Source: Gemmatimonadales bacterium (GTDB taxonomy: Bacteria > Gemmatimonadota > Gemmatimonadetes > Palauibacterales > Palauibacteraceae). From it: a stretch of 60,715 bases of DNA. Numbering within the stretch: the stretch's first letter is position 1; each line of letters starts with the position of its first letter. Shown piece by piece: positions 38,799 to 47,482 of this stretch. The position numbers were made by a program, and so were the translations under genes. The stretch spans positions 1 to 60,715 of the forward strand of contig JARRMU010000024.1 of assembly GCA_037385645.1 (NCBI GenBank), written 5' to 3'. Below the pieces are notes generated by a model, which did no database searches, was not told the DNA's origin, and saw nothing but the letters and a program-made list of their open reading frames with translations.

Positions 38799-39929
38799 AT
38801 GAGCGGCGTCCTCTCCGTGCTTCCCGTGTCACCGCGCAGCGATGGCATGGAGGCGTTCATCCGCCTCCCGTGGTCCATTTACGAAGGCGACGACGTGTGG
38901 GTGCCGCCCCTACTGCGAGACATGCGGACGATGATGGATCCGCAGCGGCACCCGTTTTACGAGCACTCCGAGGTTCAGGCATTCCTGGCCCTTAGGGACG
39001 GCCGCCCGATCGGCCGAGTCGCGGCCATCCACAACCGGCGTCACGTCGAGTTTCAGGGCGAAAGCACGGGCTTCTTCGGCTTCTACGAGTGCGCCCGCGA
39101 CGAGGAGGCGTCGTCCGCCCTCCTGGACGCGGCGGCCGGCTGGCTCCGGGAGCGTGGGCTGAAGGCGATGCGCGGCCCGGCGAGCTTCTCCACCAATGAG
39201 CAGGCCGGTCTGCTCGTGGAGGGTTTCGAGGATCCGCCGGCGGTGATGATGCCGTACAACCCACCCTACTACGCCGAGCAGCTTGAGACGTACGGCCTCG
39301 AGCCTGCCAAGACGCTGGTTGCCTACTTCCTGCACGGCGAGGCAGCGCCCGAGTACCTCGTGCGCGCGGCCGGCCTCGTCGAGCGGCGCACCGGCGTGCG
39401 GGTTAGGTCGCTCAGCATGCGTGAATTCTCGCGGGACCTTGAGATCATTCGTGATCTCTACAACTCCGCCTGGGAGAGGAACTGGGGGTTCGTCCCCATG
39501 ACCGACGCCGAGATCGACCATATGGCGAAGGAGCTGAAGCCCGTCGTCGATCCGAGGCTGACGCTCATCGCCGAGGATGCGGAGAACCGGCCGGTCGGGT
39601 TCGCCCTCGCGCTTCCGGATTTCAATCAGGTGCTGAAGCACCTGAACGGGCGACTTTTCCCGTTCGGAGTGCTGAAGGCGTTGTGGCTGCGCCGAAAGAT
39701 CGACCGGCTGCGCGTGCTGACTCTGGGAGTGGGCCCCGATTACAGGGGGAAAGGGTTGGATGCCCTCTTCTACCTCGGGATCTTTCGGGGCGGCAACTCG
39801 CAGGGGATCCTGCAGGGAGAGTTCTCCTGGGTACTCGAGGACAACGTGCTGATGCGCAGGGCGCTCGAGAGGATGGGGGCGCACGTGTACAAGCGCTATC
39901 GACTCTACGAGACGCCGCTTCGGCGATGA
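38799..39929 (+). CDS. GNAT-fold acyltransferase, bacterial ceramide synthase (bCerS/YghO-like)
   Basis: FIRLPWSIY...WVPPL, GRVAAIHN, GFFGFYE, RGP..FSTNEQ.GLLVEGF, MPYNPPYY, WGFVP, SWVLEDN. Directly follows spt. Confidence 0.85.
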   Translation: MSGVLSVLPVSPRSDGMEAFIRLPWSIYEGDDVWVPPLLRDMRTMMDPQRHPFYEHSEVQAFLALRDGRPIGRVAAIHNRRHVEFQGESTGFFGFYECARDEEASSALLDAAAGWLRERGLKAMRGPASFSTNEQAGLLVEGFEDPPAVMMPYNPPYYAEQLETYGLEPAKTLVAYFLHGEAAPEYLVRAAGLVERRTGVRVRSLSMREFSRDLEIIRDLYNSAWERNWGFVPMTDAEIDHMAKELKPVVDPRLTLIAEDAENRPVGFALALPDFNQVLKHLNGRLFPFGVLKALWLRRKIDRLRVLTLGVGPDYRGKGLDALFYLGIFRGGNSQGILQGEFSWVLEDNVLMRRALERMGAHVYKRYRLYETPLRR

Positions 39930-40882
39930 GCCTCGGACGAACTCTCGTAACCGGTGCCACCGGCTTTCTCGGCAGCCACGTGGCGGCTGCGTGGGTTGAG
40001 GCCCGTCACGACGTGCGCTGCACGCTGCGCGCGACCAGCGACGAGCGCTGGCTGGAGAGCCTGGACGTGGAGTCGGTGGAGTGGGATGTGCGCGATACGG
40101 AGGGCTTGAGGACGGCCCTCCGAGACATCGATACGGTGGTTCACGTAGCCGGTGTGACCCGCGCTCCGCGAAGGCCCGACTACTTCCAGGTGAACGCCGC
40201 CGGCTCGGCCCGACTCGCCGAAGCGGCCGTCAAGGCGGGCGTCTCGCGGTTCGTGCTGGTCAGCAGCCTCGCCGCGCGCGGACCGGACGGAGGGGACGGT
40301 CCGGTGAGCGCCTACGGGCAGAGCACGCGACGGGGCGAAGATCTCGTCCGGCTCTTCGAGGAGAAGATGGAGATCGTAATCCTCCGGCCCGGTGGCATCT
40401 ACGGGCCCCGCGACTCGGATCTCTTCCCCCTGTTCGAGATGGCCGACAAGGGTTGGCTGGTAGCGCCGGCGGGCAGCCCCCCGTTGCAGCCGGTGTATGT
40501 GAGCGACGTCGCCCGACTGACGGTGGCGGCAGGAACGGAGGCGTACGCCGGGCTCGGCCCGTATCCCGTCGCCGAGGAGGGCGAGTATCGCTGGCAGGAG
40601 GTGCGCGACGGTCTGGCGTCGGCCCTCCGCCGGCGCGTCCGGATGGTCTGGCTGCCGAAAACGGCCTTCATAATGGCCGGTGTGATGGCCGAGACCGCGG
40701 CCCGACTGACCCGAAAGGATCCTCCGCTGGACCGGAGAAACGCGGTCGATCTGAGCCGGCACGGCTGGACCTGTGACACGACGCCGACGCGCGACGCCTT
40801 CGGCTGGGAGGCCCAGGTTCGACTCCCCGATGGCCTCGCGCTGACGGCGGAGTGGTACCGACGGGTCGGATGGCTGAAGTGA
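39926..40882 (+). CDS. Extended SDR, candidate oxidized-ceramide reductase (CerR-like)
   Basis: VTGATGFLG, HVAG, VSSLAA, YGQS, RPGGIYGPRD. ATGA overlap with the GNAT gene. The role is inferred from context. Confidence 0.8.
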   Translation: MSLGRTLVTGATGFLGSHVAAAWVEARHDVRCTLRATSDERWLESLDVESVEWDVRDTEGLRTALRDIDTVVHVAGVTRAPRRPDYFQVNAAGSARLAEAAVKAGVSRFVLVSSLAARGPDGGDGPVSAYGQSTRRGEDLVRLFEEKMEIVILRPGGIYGPRDSDLFPLFEMADKGWLVAPAGSPPLQPVYVSDVARLTVAAGTEAYAGLGPYPVAEEGEYRWQEVRDGLASALRRRVRMVWLPKTAFIMAGVMAETAARLTRKDPPLDRRNAVDLSRHGWTCDTTPTRDAFGWEAQVRLPDGLALTAEWYRRVGWLK

Positions 40883-41728
40883 TGGAGCGAGAGCGCCAGG
40901 GGACGGGCCTGCTGGCGATCGACTACGTGGCGATCGGTTACGCGGCGCTGACCGGTGCGCTGTCGTTGGCCGGCGGCCTCAAAGGGGTGGCGTTCGCCGC
41001 CGTCCACGGCTTGGTGATCTTCTTGATCGTCAAGATGTCGCGACGGCCACCCGGTGATCGCGACGCCCCTCCTCTACCACGAGCTTTCATATCTGAACCA
41101 GTTCGTGGTTACGGGCTTCTTCGATCCGATCGTGCAGAGATGGGAGGTGGCGGTCTTCGGATCGCAGATCAGCCAGGAAGCCGCCGGCTGGTTTCCGGCG
41201 CTCTGGCTCTCCGAGTTCATGACGGTCGGCTATCTGACCTATTATTTCGTGATTCCGCTGCTGGCCATCGGGGCCTGGGCATGCTGCGGAAGAGCCGGGT
41301 TTCACCGTATCGGGGTGACGGTCGCACTGGCGTTCGCCGTCTGCTACACATGGTTTATCCTGTTTCCGGTCATGGGCCCGCGCTACTGGTACGGAGCGCT
41401 CGAGGGCGCGCTGTCGGAGGGAAGTATCTATCACTTCGCGCGCGAGCTGCTTGCGGGCGGCTCCTCCAAGGGCACGGCGTTCCCCAGCTCGCACGTCGCC
41501 GGGACGTGCGCCGCCTGGTTCGCGGCCGCGCGTGAGGATGAGCGCGCGTTCTTCCTGGCTGCCGTCCCGGTGGTGACCCTCACACTCGGCACCGTCTGGG
41601 CAGGTTTCCACTACGCGATCGACGCTGCGGCAGGGCTCATGATCGCGTGGGTTGCGTTCGCCGTGGCTCCCCGGCTCACTGCCTGGGCTCCGCTTCCCGA
41701 TGAGTCCTCGGCTTCCGACGCTCCGTAG
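40882..41728 (+). pseudogene. PAP2 / Aur1 (inositol phosphorylceramide synthase)-like membrane phosphotransferase, frameshifted near 41050
   Basis: TGATG coupling to the SDR. N-terminal TMs in one frame; remainder PLLY.EL, PVMGPRY, AFPSSH, HYAID in another (41054-41728). Confidence 0.78.
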
Positions 41729-41791
41729 AGCGTGAGCACAGCGCCGACCATATTTGTGTAAGATCGTGACTCGTCTGAAGAGGACTCGACA

Positions 41792-42100
41792 ATGCCGGCA
41801 CTCGAGCTACTGGCCCCAGTGATCGTGACGGTCACCCTGATCCTGATGATCGGGGCCGTCATCCTGCTCAGGCCACTTTCCAAACAGGGCGCGGCCCTCC
41901 TCGAGCAGATGCTGAAGGACCGCCGGGAGGGTAGGGCAGCGGAGGATATGGAGCGCCTGACCTCTGCAATGGCAAATCTTTCGGAGCGTATGCGACTGCT
42001 GGAGGATCGGCAGAGCTTCACGGAGTCACTCATCGAGGCGAGCCCCGAAAGCCGCGGGCGCATCGCCGAGCACGTCGGGCTGGCGTCTTCGGAGGAATGA
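41792..42100 (+). CDS. Small single-pass membrane protein with coiled coil
   Basis: GAGGA RBS, one TM helix, LSERMRLLEDRQSFTESL. Confidence 0.7.
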   Translation: MPALELLAPVIVTVTLILMIGAVILLRPLSKQGAALLEQMLKDRREGRAAEDMERLTSAMANLSERMRLLEDRQSFTESLIEASPESRGRIAEHVGLASSEE

Positions 42101-42182
42101 ACTCGCCAGTTCGCGGCGGATTCTCGGGCAACCATCGGGCACCGCCAGGCGTCGAAACAGCGGACCAAAGAAAAGGACTCGG

Positions 42183-42737
42183 GTGGAAGAGCGGGCACTC
42201 GTAGACCGCGCCAAGGCCGGCGACCGGAACGCGATGAGTCACCTGTACGAGGCTCATTCGCGGCGCGTGTACGCCGTCGTCAGGCGACTGGCGGGGGATG
42301 ATGATCTGGCGGCTGATCTGTCGCAGGATGCGTGGGTGAGAGCGTTCGAACGCCTCCACCTTTATCGCGGAGACGCGGCGTTCGGGACGTGGATCCATCG
42401 CCTGGCGACGAACGTTGCGTTGAACCGGCTTCGGCGGCGAACGAAGAGGCCGGACGTCGAGCGTTCTGCGGTTGGGATGCGCTCGTACGACAAACCATCC
42501 GACGAAGCCGTGATCAGCCGTCGGATGTTGACGGAGGCGCTGGATAGAATGCCTGAGGGATACAGACGCGTGCTCGTTCTGCACGATGTCGAAGGTTGGA
42601 CGCACGACGAGATCGGAGAGTCGCTGGGCATCGCGCCCGGTACTTCCAAGTCACAGCTGCACAAGGCGAGGGCGCGGATGCGCGCGCTGATCGCACCGAC
42701 CGCCATCGCCGGCGAAACGGGGAACAGCCTGCAATGA
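42183..42737 (+). CDS. ECF RNA polymerase sigma factor
   Basis: Region 2 DLSQDAWVRAF...FGTWIHRLATN; region 4 VLHDVEG...EIG..LG...GTSKSQLHKAR. Confidence 0.95.
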   Translation: MEERALVDRAKAGDRNAMSHLYEAHSRRVYAVVRRLAGDDDLAADLSQDAWVRAFERLHLYRGDAAFGTWIHRLATNVALNRLRRRTKRPDVERSAVGMRSYDKPSDEAVISRRMLTEALDRMPEGYRRVLVLHDVEGWTHDEIGESLGIAPGTSKSQLHKARARMRALIAPTAIAGETGNSLQ

Positions 42738-43435
42738 GTGATACGACGTCAGAGCACCTCACGCTCGAGATGATCTCGGCACTGCTCGAAGAGCCGGAGG
42801 AGCACGAGGAGTCGGCGGCCCACCTGGCGGTCTGCGAGGTTTGTAGCGTGGAGCACTCGCGCATGCGCCGAATGCTCATGGCGCTCTCGGGTCTCGGGGA
42901 GATGCAACCGCCGGTCGACGAATGGGAACGGATAGAGGCCAAGCTCGCACACGAAAGGGGTGTGCTGCCCTTCAGGCGGATCGGCCTCTTCACCGGTTGG
43001 CCCGTCCAGGCGGCGGCGGCGATGCTCGTCTTCGCGGGCGGCATTGCGGCCGGCCTCGTTCTCACAGGCGGTCCGTCGCGTGACGCCACACAGGTAGCCG
43101 GAAGCGAGCGGCTCCAGTACGTCGGAGACGCGGTTGCGAGCGGTCCCGAGACAGCGTCTCCATTCCTTTCGAGTCAGTACTACGAGGCCGTTGCCCAGCT
43201 CGAGAGCCTTAGAGCTCGACCGGTGAACTCCGAAGATCTCATCGAGAATCCCGCGGCCGCGACGGAGCGTCTCGCGCGACTGGATGCTCTCATCCTCGCT
43301 TCTCGCGAAGCGCTTGCGAACTCGCCGACGGATCCGGCAATCAACAACCTTCTCTTCGAGTTGATCGAAGAGCGGGACGACATGGCAGAGGGCCTCGAGG
43401 GAGCGGTTCGCCTGGCGGGGCTGGAGTATCGATAG
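42734..43435 (+). CDS. Zinc-binding (ZAS) anti-sigma factor
   Basis: ATGA overlap with the sigma gene, HLAVCEVC (HxxxCxxC), one TM helix, extracytoplasmic tail. Confidence 0.85.
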   Translation: MSDTTSEHLTLEMISALLEEPEEHEESAAHLAVCEVCSVEHSRMRRMLMALSGLGEMQPPVDEWERIEAKLAHERGVLPFRRIGLFTGWPVQAAAAMLVFAGGIAAGLVLTGGPSRDATQVAGSERLQYVGDAVASGPETASPFLSSQYYEAVAQLESLRARPVNSEDLIENPAAATERLARLDALILASREALANSPTDPAINNLLFELIEERDDMAEGLEGAVRLAGLEYR

Positions 43436-43471
43436 ACATGTACAAACAGAAGTGGAACGGGCATTAGATCG

Positions 43472-44692
43472 ATGCGGAAGTCAAGCTCAAGCTTCGTGCG
43501 GTGCGGGATCGCGGTCGGGCTGGGGGTCATTCCGGTCCTGACGGGCTCGGCCCCCCTTCTCGCGCAGCAGCCCTCGCCCGAGGATGCTCCGAGCGCGCCA
43601 GACGCGCCTAGGCAGGCGCCAGCAGTTCGGCAGGACGGAAAGCCGTGGCTCGGGGTCGGACTCGAGACTCGTCAGGAGTGCCGTCCCGACGCGGAGGAAG
43701 ACTGCCGGGTCATCGTCCTCATTAGGTCCGTCGTTGTCGGGAGCCCGGCCGAGGCCGCAGGGGTCGAGGTTGGCGACATGGTCGTATCGTTGGATGAAGC
43801 CGCGCCGGGAAGCGCCGAGTTCCGTGCTCATCTGGACGGCATGGAGGTCGGGAAGCCGGTGGTCATGAAGGTCACTCGGGCGGGACGGCCGGTCTCGATC
43901 GACGTGGTGCCGGCGCCGCGTCCGCCGAAACCGATGCACGTGAGAGCCCGACCACCTGTTCGAACGTGGACGACGGATGATGGCGAGATTGAGGTGAAGG
44001 TCCCGATCGTCATCGAGCCCGAGGGTGCGCCGGAAGGGCCCGGCTGGGTGTATCGAAGCGATAGCGACAAGGGATTCGTCGTCGTCGTCCCGAGCGAGGA
44101 TGGCTGGCGAGTCCAGGTCTTCAGCGAGGATGCGGAGGGTCAGGCCGAGCTGGAGGAGGCGCTCAAGAAGCAAAACATCGAGCTCCGCGAGCTCGAGCAG
44201 CAAATGGAGAACGTGGAGGAAGAAGCGACGGCGGCTGTCCGAGAGCAGGCCCGGTACTGGGGCCGGGTGAAGGCGGAATTGGGTCCCGAGATGGCGGCTC
44301 TGCGCGACTCCGTCCTGGCCGAAGCCCGCGCGAAGCTCGCGGAGGTGAGAAAGGCCAGGCAGGCCTATCGAACTGCTGAAAGGGCCCGCTACGCACCGCC
44401 CGCCCATCTGGTCGAGGCCACCCGGCGCATAGCGGGCGCGGAGTTCGAGCCGCTCGGACCTGAGCTCCGCCACGAAGGCCTGGAGCAGGGCTTGTTGGTC
44501 CTTCGCGTGATTTCTGGAACGCCGGCGTGGGATCTCGGCCTCCGGCGTGGTGACGTGGTCACGGAGGTGGCGGGCGCCGAGTGCAGGGAGGTGTCGGACC
44601 TCCGGGCGGCACTCCTCAAGCGCGGCGAGGAGAGCGTCACCGTCAAGTGGGTCCGGAACGGCGAGTCCATGACGGGCACCGTCGACGATTAG
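43472..44692 (+). CDS. Exported protein with two PDZ domains
   Basis: Signal peptide, WLGV...GSPAEAAGVEVGD and GTPAWDLGLRRGDVV PDZ motifs around a coiled coil. No protease motif seen. Confidence 0.85.
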   Translation: MRKSSSSFVRCGIAVGLGVIPVLTGSAPLLAQQPSPEDAPSAPDAPRQAPAVRQDGKPWLGVGLETRQECRPDAEEDCRVIVLIRSVVVGSPAEAAGVEVGDMVVSLDEAAPGSAEFRAHLDGMEVGKPVVMKVTRAGRPVSIDVVPAPRPPKPMHVRARPPVRTWTTDDGEIEVKVPIVIEPEGAPEGPGWVYRSDSDKGFVVVVPSEDGWRVQVFSEDAEGQAELEEALKKQNIELRELEQQMENVEEEATAAVREQARYWGRVKAELGPEMAALRDSVLAEARAKLAEVRKARQAYRTAERARYAPPAHLVEATRRIAGAEFEPLGPELRHEGLEQGLLVLRVISGTPAWDLGLRRGDVVTEVAGAECREVSDLRAALLKRGEESVTVKWVRNGESMTGTVDD

Positions 44693-44822
44693 CCCAATCG
44701 TCGAGCCGTAGTCGAAGAGCGCCCTCCAGCACCGACCGCTCCACCCGACCGGCCGCTCCACGCCCCCTCCCAACGCCGCGAGTGCTCTGTCGCGACCGCA
44801 AGACCGGGCAGATCTTTCTCTC

Positions 44823-45965
44823 ATGGATAATCCCACAGCCGCAGAAGACGCATTGGCGGCGCTCGACCACCTCGGCGAGGAGCTGAAGGGCGCGTTCCGG
44901 AGCTGGGAGGAGCATCCCGAGCCTTGGACCGATGAGCGGGTGGACGAGCTCGCTCGTCGATCCTTCAACCTCCAGCTCCAGGGCAACGCGCCCTATCGGC
45001 GCTACTGCCGACAGCTGGGCATCGAGTCCGACCAGGTGGGCGGTTGGCGGGACGTCCCGGCCGTGCCGACCGCGGCCTTCCGGGAGGCCACGCTGATGGT
45101 CGGCGATCCCGGAGATGCCGTCCTCGAGTTCCATACCAGCGGCACCAGTCGAGGCAAGCGCCGCCGAGGTCGCCACCTCGTGCGCGATCCGGCGCTCTAC
45201 CGCTCTTCGCTCGAGGCGACGTTCTCCCGCTTCGTGCTGCACCGCGCGAACGACGAATCGGTGTCGCGGCGTCCGATCGGCTCGCTGGTTCCATCCTTCA
45301 TCGATTCCCCGCACTCCTCGCTCTCCTGGATGGCCGATGCGGTGATCGGCCGCTTCGGAGCGCGCGCTTCCCGCTTCCTCGCCGGGCCGGAGGGCGTGGA
45401 CTGGGAGGACGCGAAGCGTTTCGTCGTCGTCGCCGCGTCGGAGGAGGAAGCCGTCGGCCTCTTCGGCACCACGCTCGCGTTCGACGAATGGACTCGACGC
45501 CTGGAGGCCAGCGACTTCCGAATCGGGCTGCCCGCCGGATCCTTCGTGATGGACACCGGCGGCTCGAAGGGCCTGGAGACGTCGGCTCGCGAGGATCTTC
45601 TGGAGCGCGTCCACCGTTGCCTCGGTGTACCTTCGAGCGCCGTCGTCAACGAGTTCGGGATGACCGAATTGCTCTCCCAGCGTTATGGAACACCTGCGGC
45701 GCTGGTCGGCCCTCCCTGGCTGCGGAGTCGTGCGCTCGATCCCGTGACCCTCGAGGAGCTGCCAGCTGGAGAGGTCGGCGTTCTGGCGCACTTCGATCTG
45801 GCGAACGTGGGGAGCGTGTGCAGCGTGCTCACGGAGGATCTCGGCGCGGTCGAAGGCGGCGCGGTCAGGTGGGTCGGCCGCACGCCCGGATCGCCGCCTC
45901 GCGGCTGCTCGCTGGCCACGGAGGAGTTGCTGCGCTCACAGGAGGCCGGGGGGACGAATCCGTGA
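44823..45965 (+). CDS. LuxE-family acyl-protein synthetase
   Basis: VPAVPT.AF, TSGT, DTGGSKG, EFGMTELLSQ, DLAN, TEDLG, C-terminal GR...PRGCS acylated Cys. Confidence 0.88.
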   Translation: MDNPTAAEDALAALDHLGEELKGAFRSWEEHPEPWTDERVDELARRSFNLQLQGNAPYRRYCRQLGIESDQVGGWRDVPAVPTAAFREATLMVGDPGDAVLEFHTSGTSRGKRRRGRHLVRDPALYRSSLEATFSRFVLHRANDESVSRRPIGSLVPSFIDSPHSSLSWMADAVIGRFGARASRFLAGPEGVDWEDAKRFVVVAASEEEAVGLFGTTLAFDEWTRRLEASDFRIGLPAGSFVMDTGGSKGLETSAREDLLERVHRCLGVPSSAVVNEFGMTELLSQRYGTPAALVGPPWLRSRALDPVTLEELPAGEVGVLAHFDLANVGSVCSVLTEDLGAVEGGAVRWVGRTPGSPPRGCSLATEELLRSQEAGGTNP

Positions 45966-47404
45966 CGATAGGCGTGTCGCCCGAGAAGGTCTTCCATCTG
46001 CCGGGGCTCGATCCGGGGAGCTCTGCAGACAGCTCCGGATGGTACGAGGGTGTGACCGGCGCGGGCCTCCGGTTTCGCTCGCCCAGACTGACGGTTGCCG
46101 GCGCGTCGCGCGTCGCGGATCACGTCCGCGCCGCCGCGCTCGAAGCACGTCGGGAACGGACGCTCGCGCAAGTGGTGAAGGCCGTGGCCGGAGCCGCGGG
46201 TCGGCTGGTGGATTCCGCCTCCGACGTAGACGGCGACGCGGTCCAAACCCTGGCTGATGAGCTGGGATGGCCAGCGTCGCTGGCGCGAGAGACGTTGCTG
46301 GAGATGGGTGAGATCTGGACCGAGGAGTCGCTCTGGGACGTGCTGCGTTCGGAACTGGCGGACCCCGACGTGCTCGACGGATTCCGTCCCGGAGGGGCCG
46401 GCCGTCAGCGACGGGCCGCCGGGCATCCTCTGCTGCTGCAGGTCATGGCCGGCAACGTGCCCGGGGTCGCCGTCACCGGGGTGATGAGGGCGCTGCTCTG
46501 CCGCTCGGGAGTGCTCGTCAAGCTGCCCGAGGTCGAGCCCGGCCTAGTCGTCCTCTTCGCTCGCCTGCTGGCCGAGGCCGACCCGGCGCTCGGGGCCTGC
46601 GTGGCGGCCGCGTGGTGGCCGGCGGATCGGGAGGGACCGATTTGGGATGAATGGACCACACGGGCAGGTACCGTCGTCGTCTACGGGGGAGATGAGGCTG
46701 TGGCCGGGGTCCGAGACCGTGTCCGGGGCCACCAGCCGGTTGTGGCATACGGTCCGAAGCTGGGAGTCGCCGTCCTGCTCTCCGGCGCCGACTCGGGTCC
46801 TGCGGCGTCCGCTCTGGCCCGCGACATATGTGCCTACGAGCAGATGGGCTGCGTGTCCCCTCGACTGGTCCTCGTTCAGGGTCCAGTGGCGCCGTTCGCG
46901 GACGCGCTCGGCGCCGCGCTGGCCGAAGAGACTCATAGGATTCCGCGTCCGCCGTTGCGGGCCGACGAGGCGTTGGCGATTCGAGCGCTTCGGGCCGAGA
47001 TCGAATTCCGCGGCTATGAAGACGGCGGCAGTCGCGTGATCGGGCGACCTGAAGACCTGTCGTGGACGGTGCTGCTCGACGACCAACCCGTGCTCGAGTT
47101 CGATTCCTTGCCGCGAGTCGTCCGCTTGAGCGGCTTCGGGTCCATCTCGGATCTTCGGGAAGCCCTGCAGCCGCTCGGCGGACGGGTACAGGCGATCGGC
47201 TATGCTGGCGACGAGGATGGTCTTTCATCGCTCGCCGAGGCCGCCGTCGATCTCGGCGTTAGCCGCATGGCACCCCTCGGGTGCATGGCCTGGCCGCCGG
47301 CGGACTGGCGGCACGACGGCAGATTCCAGCTGCTTCCGCTGCTCGCATGGACAGAGTGGGAAGGTGGCCAAACGGGATCGGGCGCCCGGCGCCGCGCCGA
47401 TTGA
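45962..47404 (+). CDS. LuxC-family acyl-CoA reductase
   Basis: GTGA overlap with the LuxE-like gene; AGNVP, YGGDEAV, YGPKLG, YEQMGCVSP catalytic Cys, WRHDG. Confidence 0.88.
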   Translation: MTIGVSPEKVFHLPGLDPGSSADSSGWYEGVTGAGLRFRSPRLTVAGASRVADHVRAAALEARRERTLAQVVKAVAGAAGRLVDSASDVDGDAVQTLADELGWPASLARETLLEMGEIWTEESLWDVLRSELADPDVLDGFRPGGAGRQRRAAGHPLLLQVMAGNVPGVAVTGVMRALLCRSGVLVKLPEVEPGLVVLFARLLAEADPALGACVAAAWWPADREGPIWDEWTTRAGTVVVYGGDEAVAGVRDRVRGHQPVVAYGPKLGVAVLLSGADSGPAASALARDICAYEQMGCVSPRLVLVQGPVAPFADALGAALAEETHRIPRPPLRADEALAIRALRAEIEFRGYEDGGSRVIGRPEDLSWTVLLDDQPVLEFDSLPRVVRLSGFGSISDLREALQPLGGRVQAIGYAGDEDGLSSLAEAAVDLGVSRMAPLGCMAWPPADWRHDGRFQLLPLLAWTEWEGGQTGSGARRRAD

Positions 47405-47431
47405 CAGACGGCGAGTCTGTAGATGTAGTTT
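47401..47431 (+). promoter_or_regulatory. Candidate sigma70 promoter with overlapping palindrome ACAGAC-N5-GTCTGT
   Basis: TTGACA at 47401, weak -10 region, inverted repeat at 47404-47420, upstream of the amino-acid dehydrogenase. Confidence 0.4.
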
Positions 47432-47482
47432 CAGCGTTCCTCGCGCAGATGATCCACTGAGAACCAGGCACCAGAGGAAACG

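Noticed and set aside
44823-47404. Bioluminescence operon
   Set aside because: No luxA, luxB, luxD or luxG in the window.
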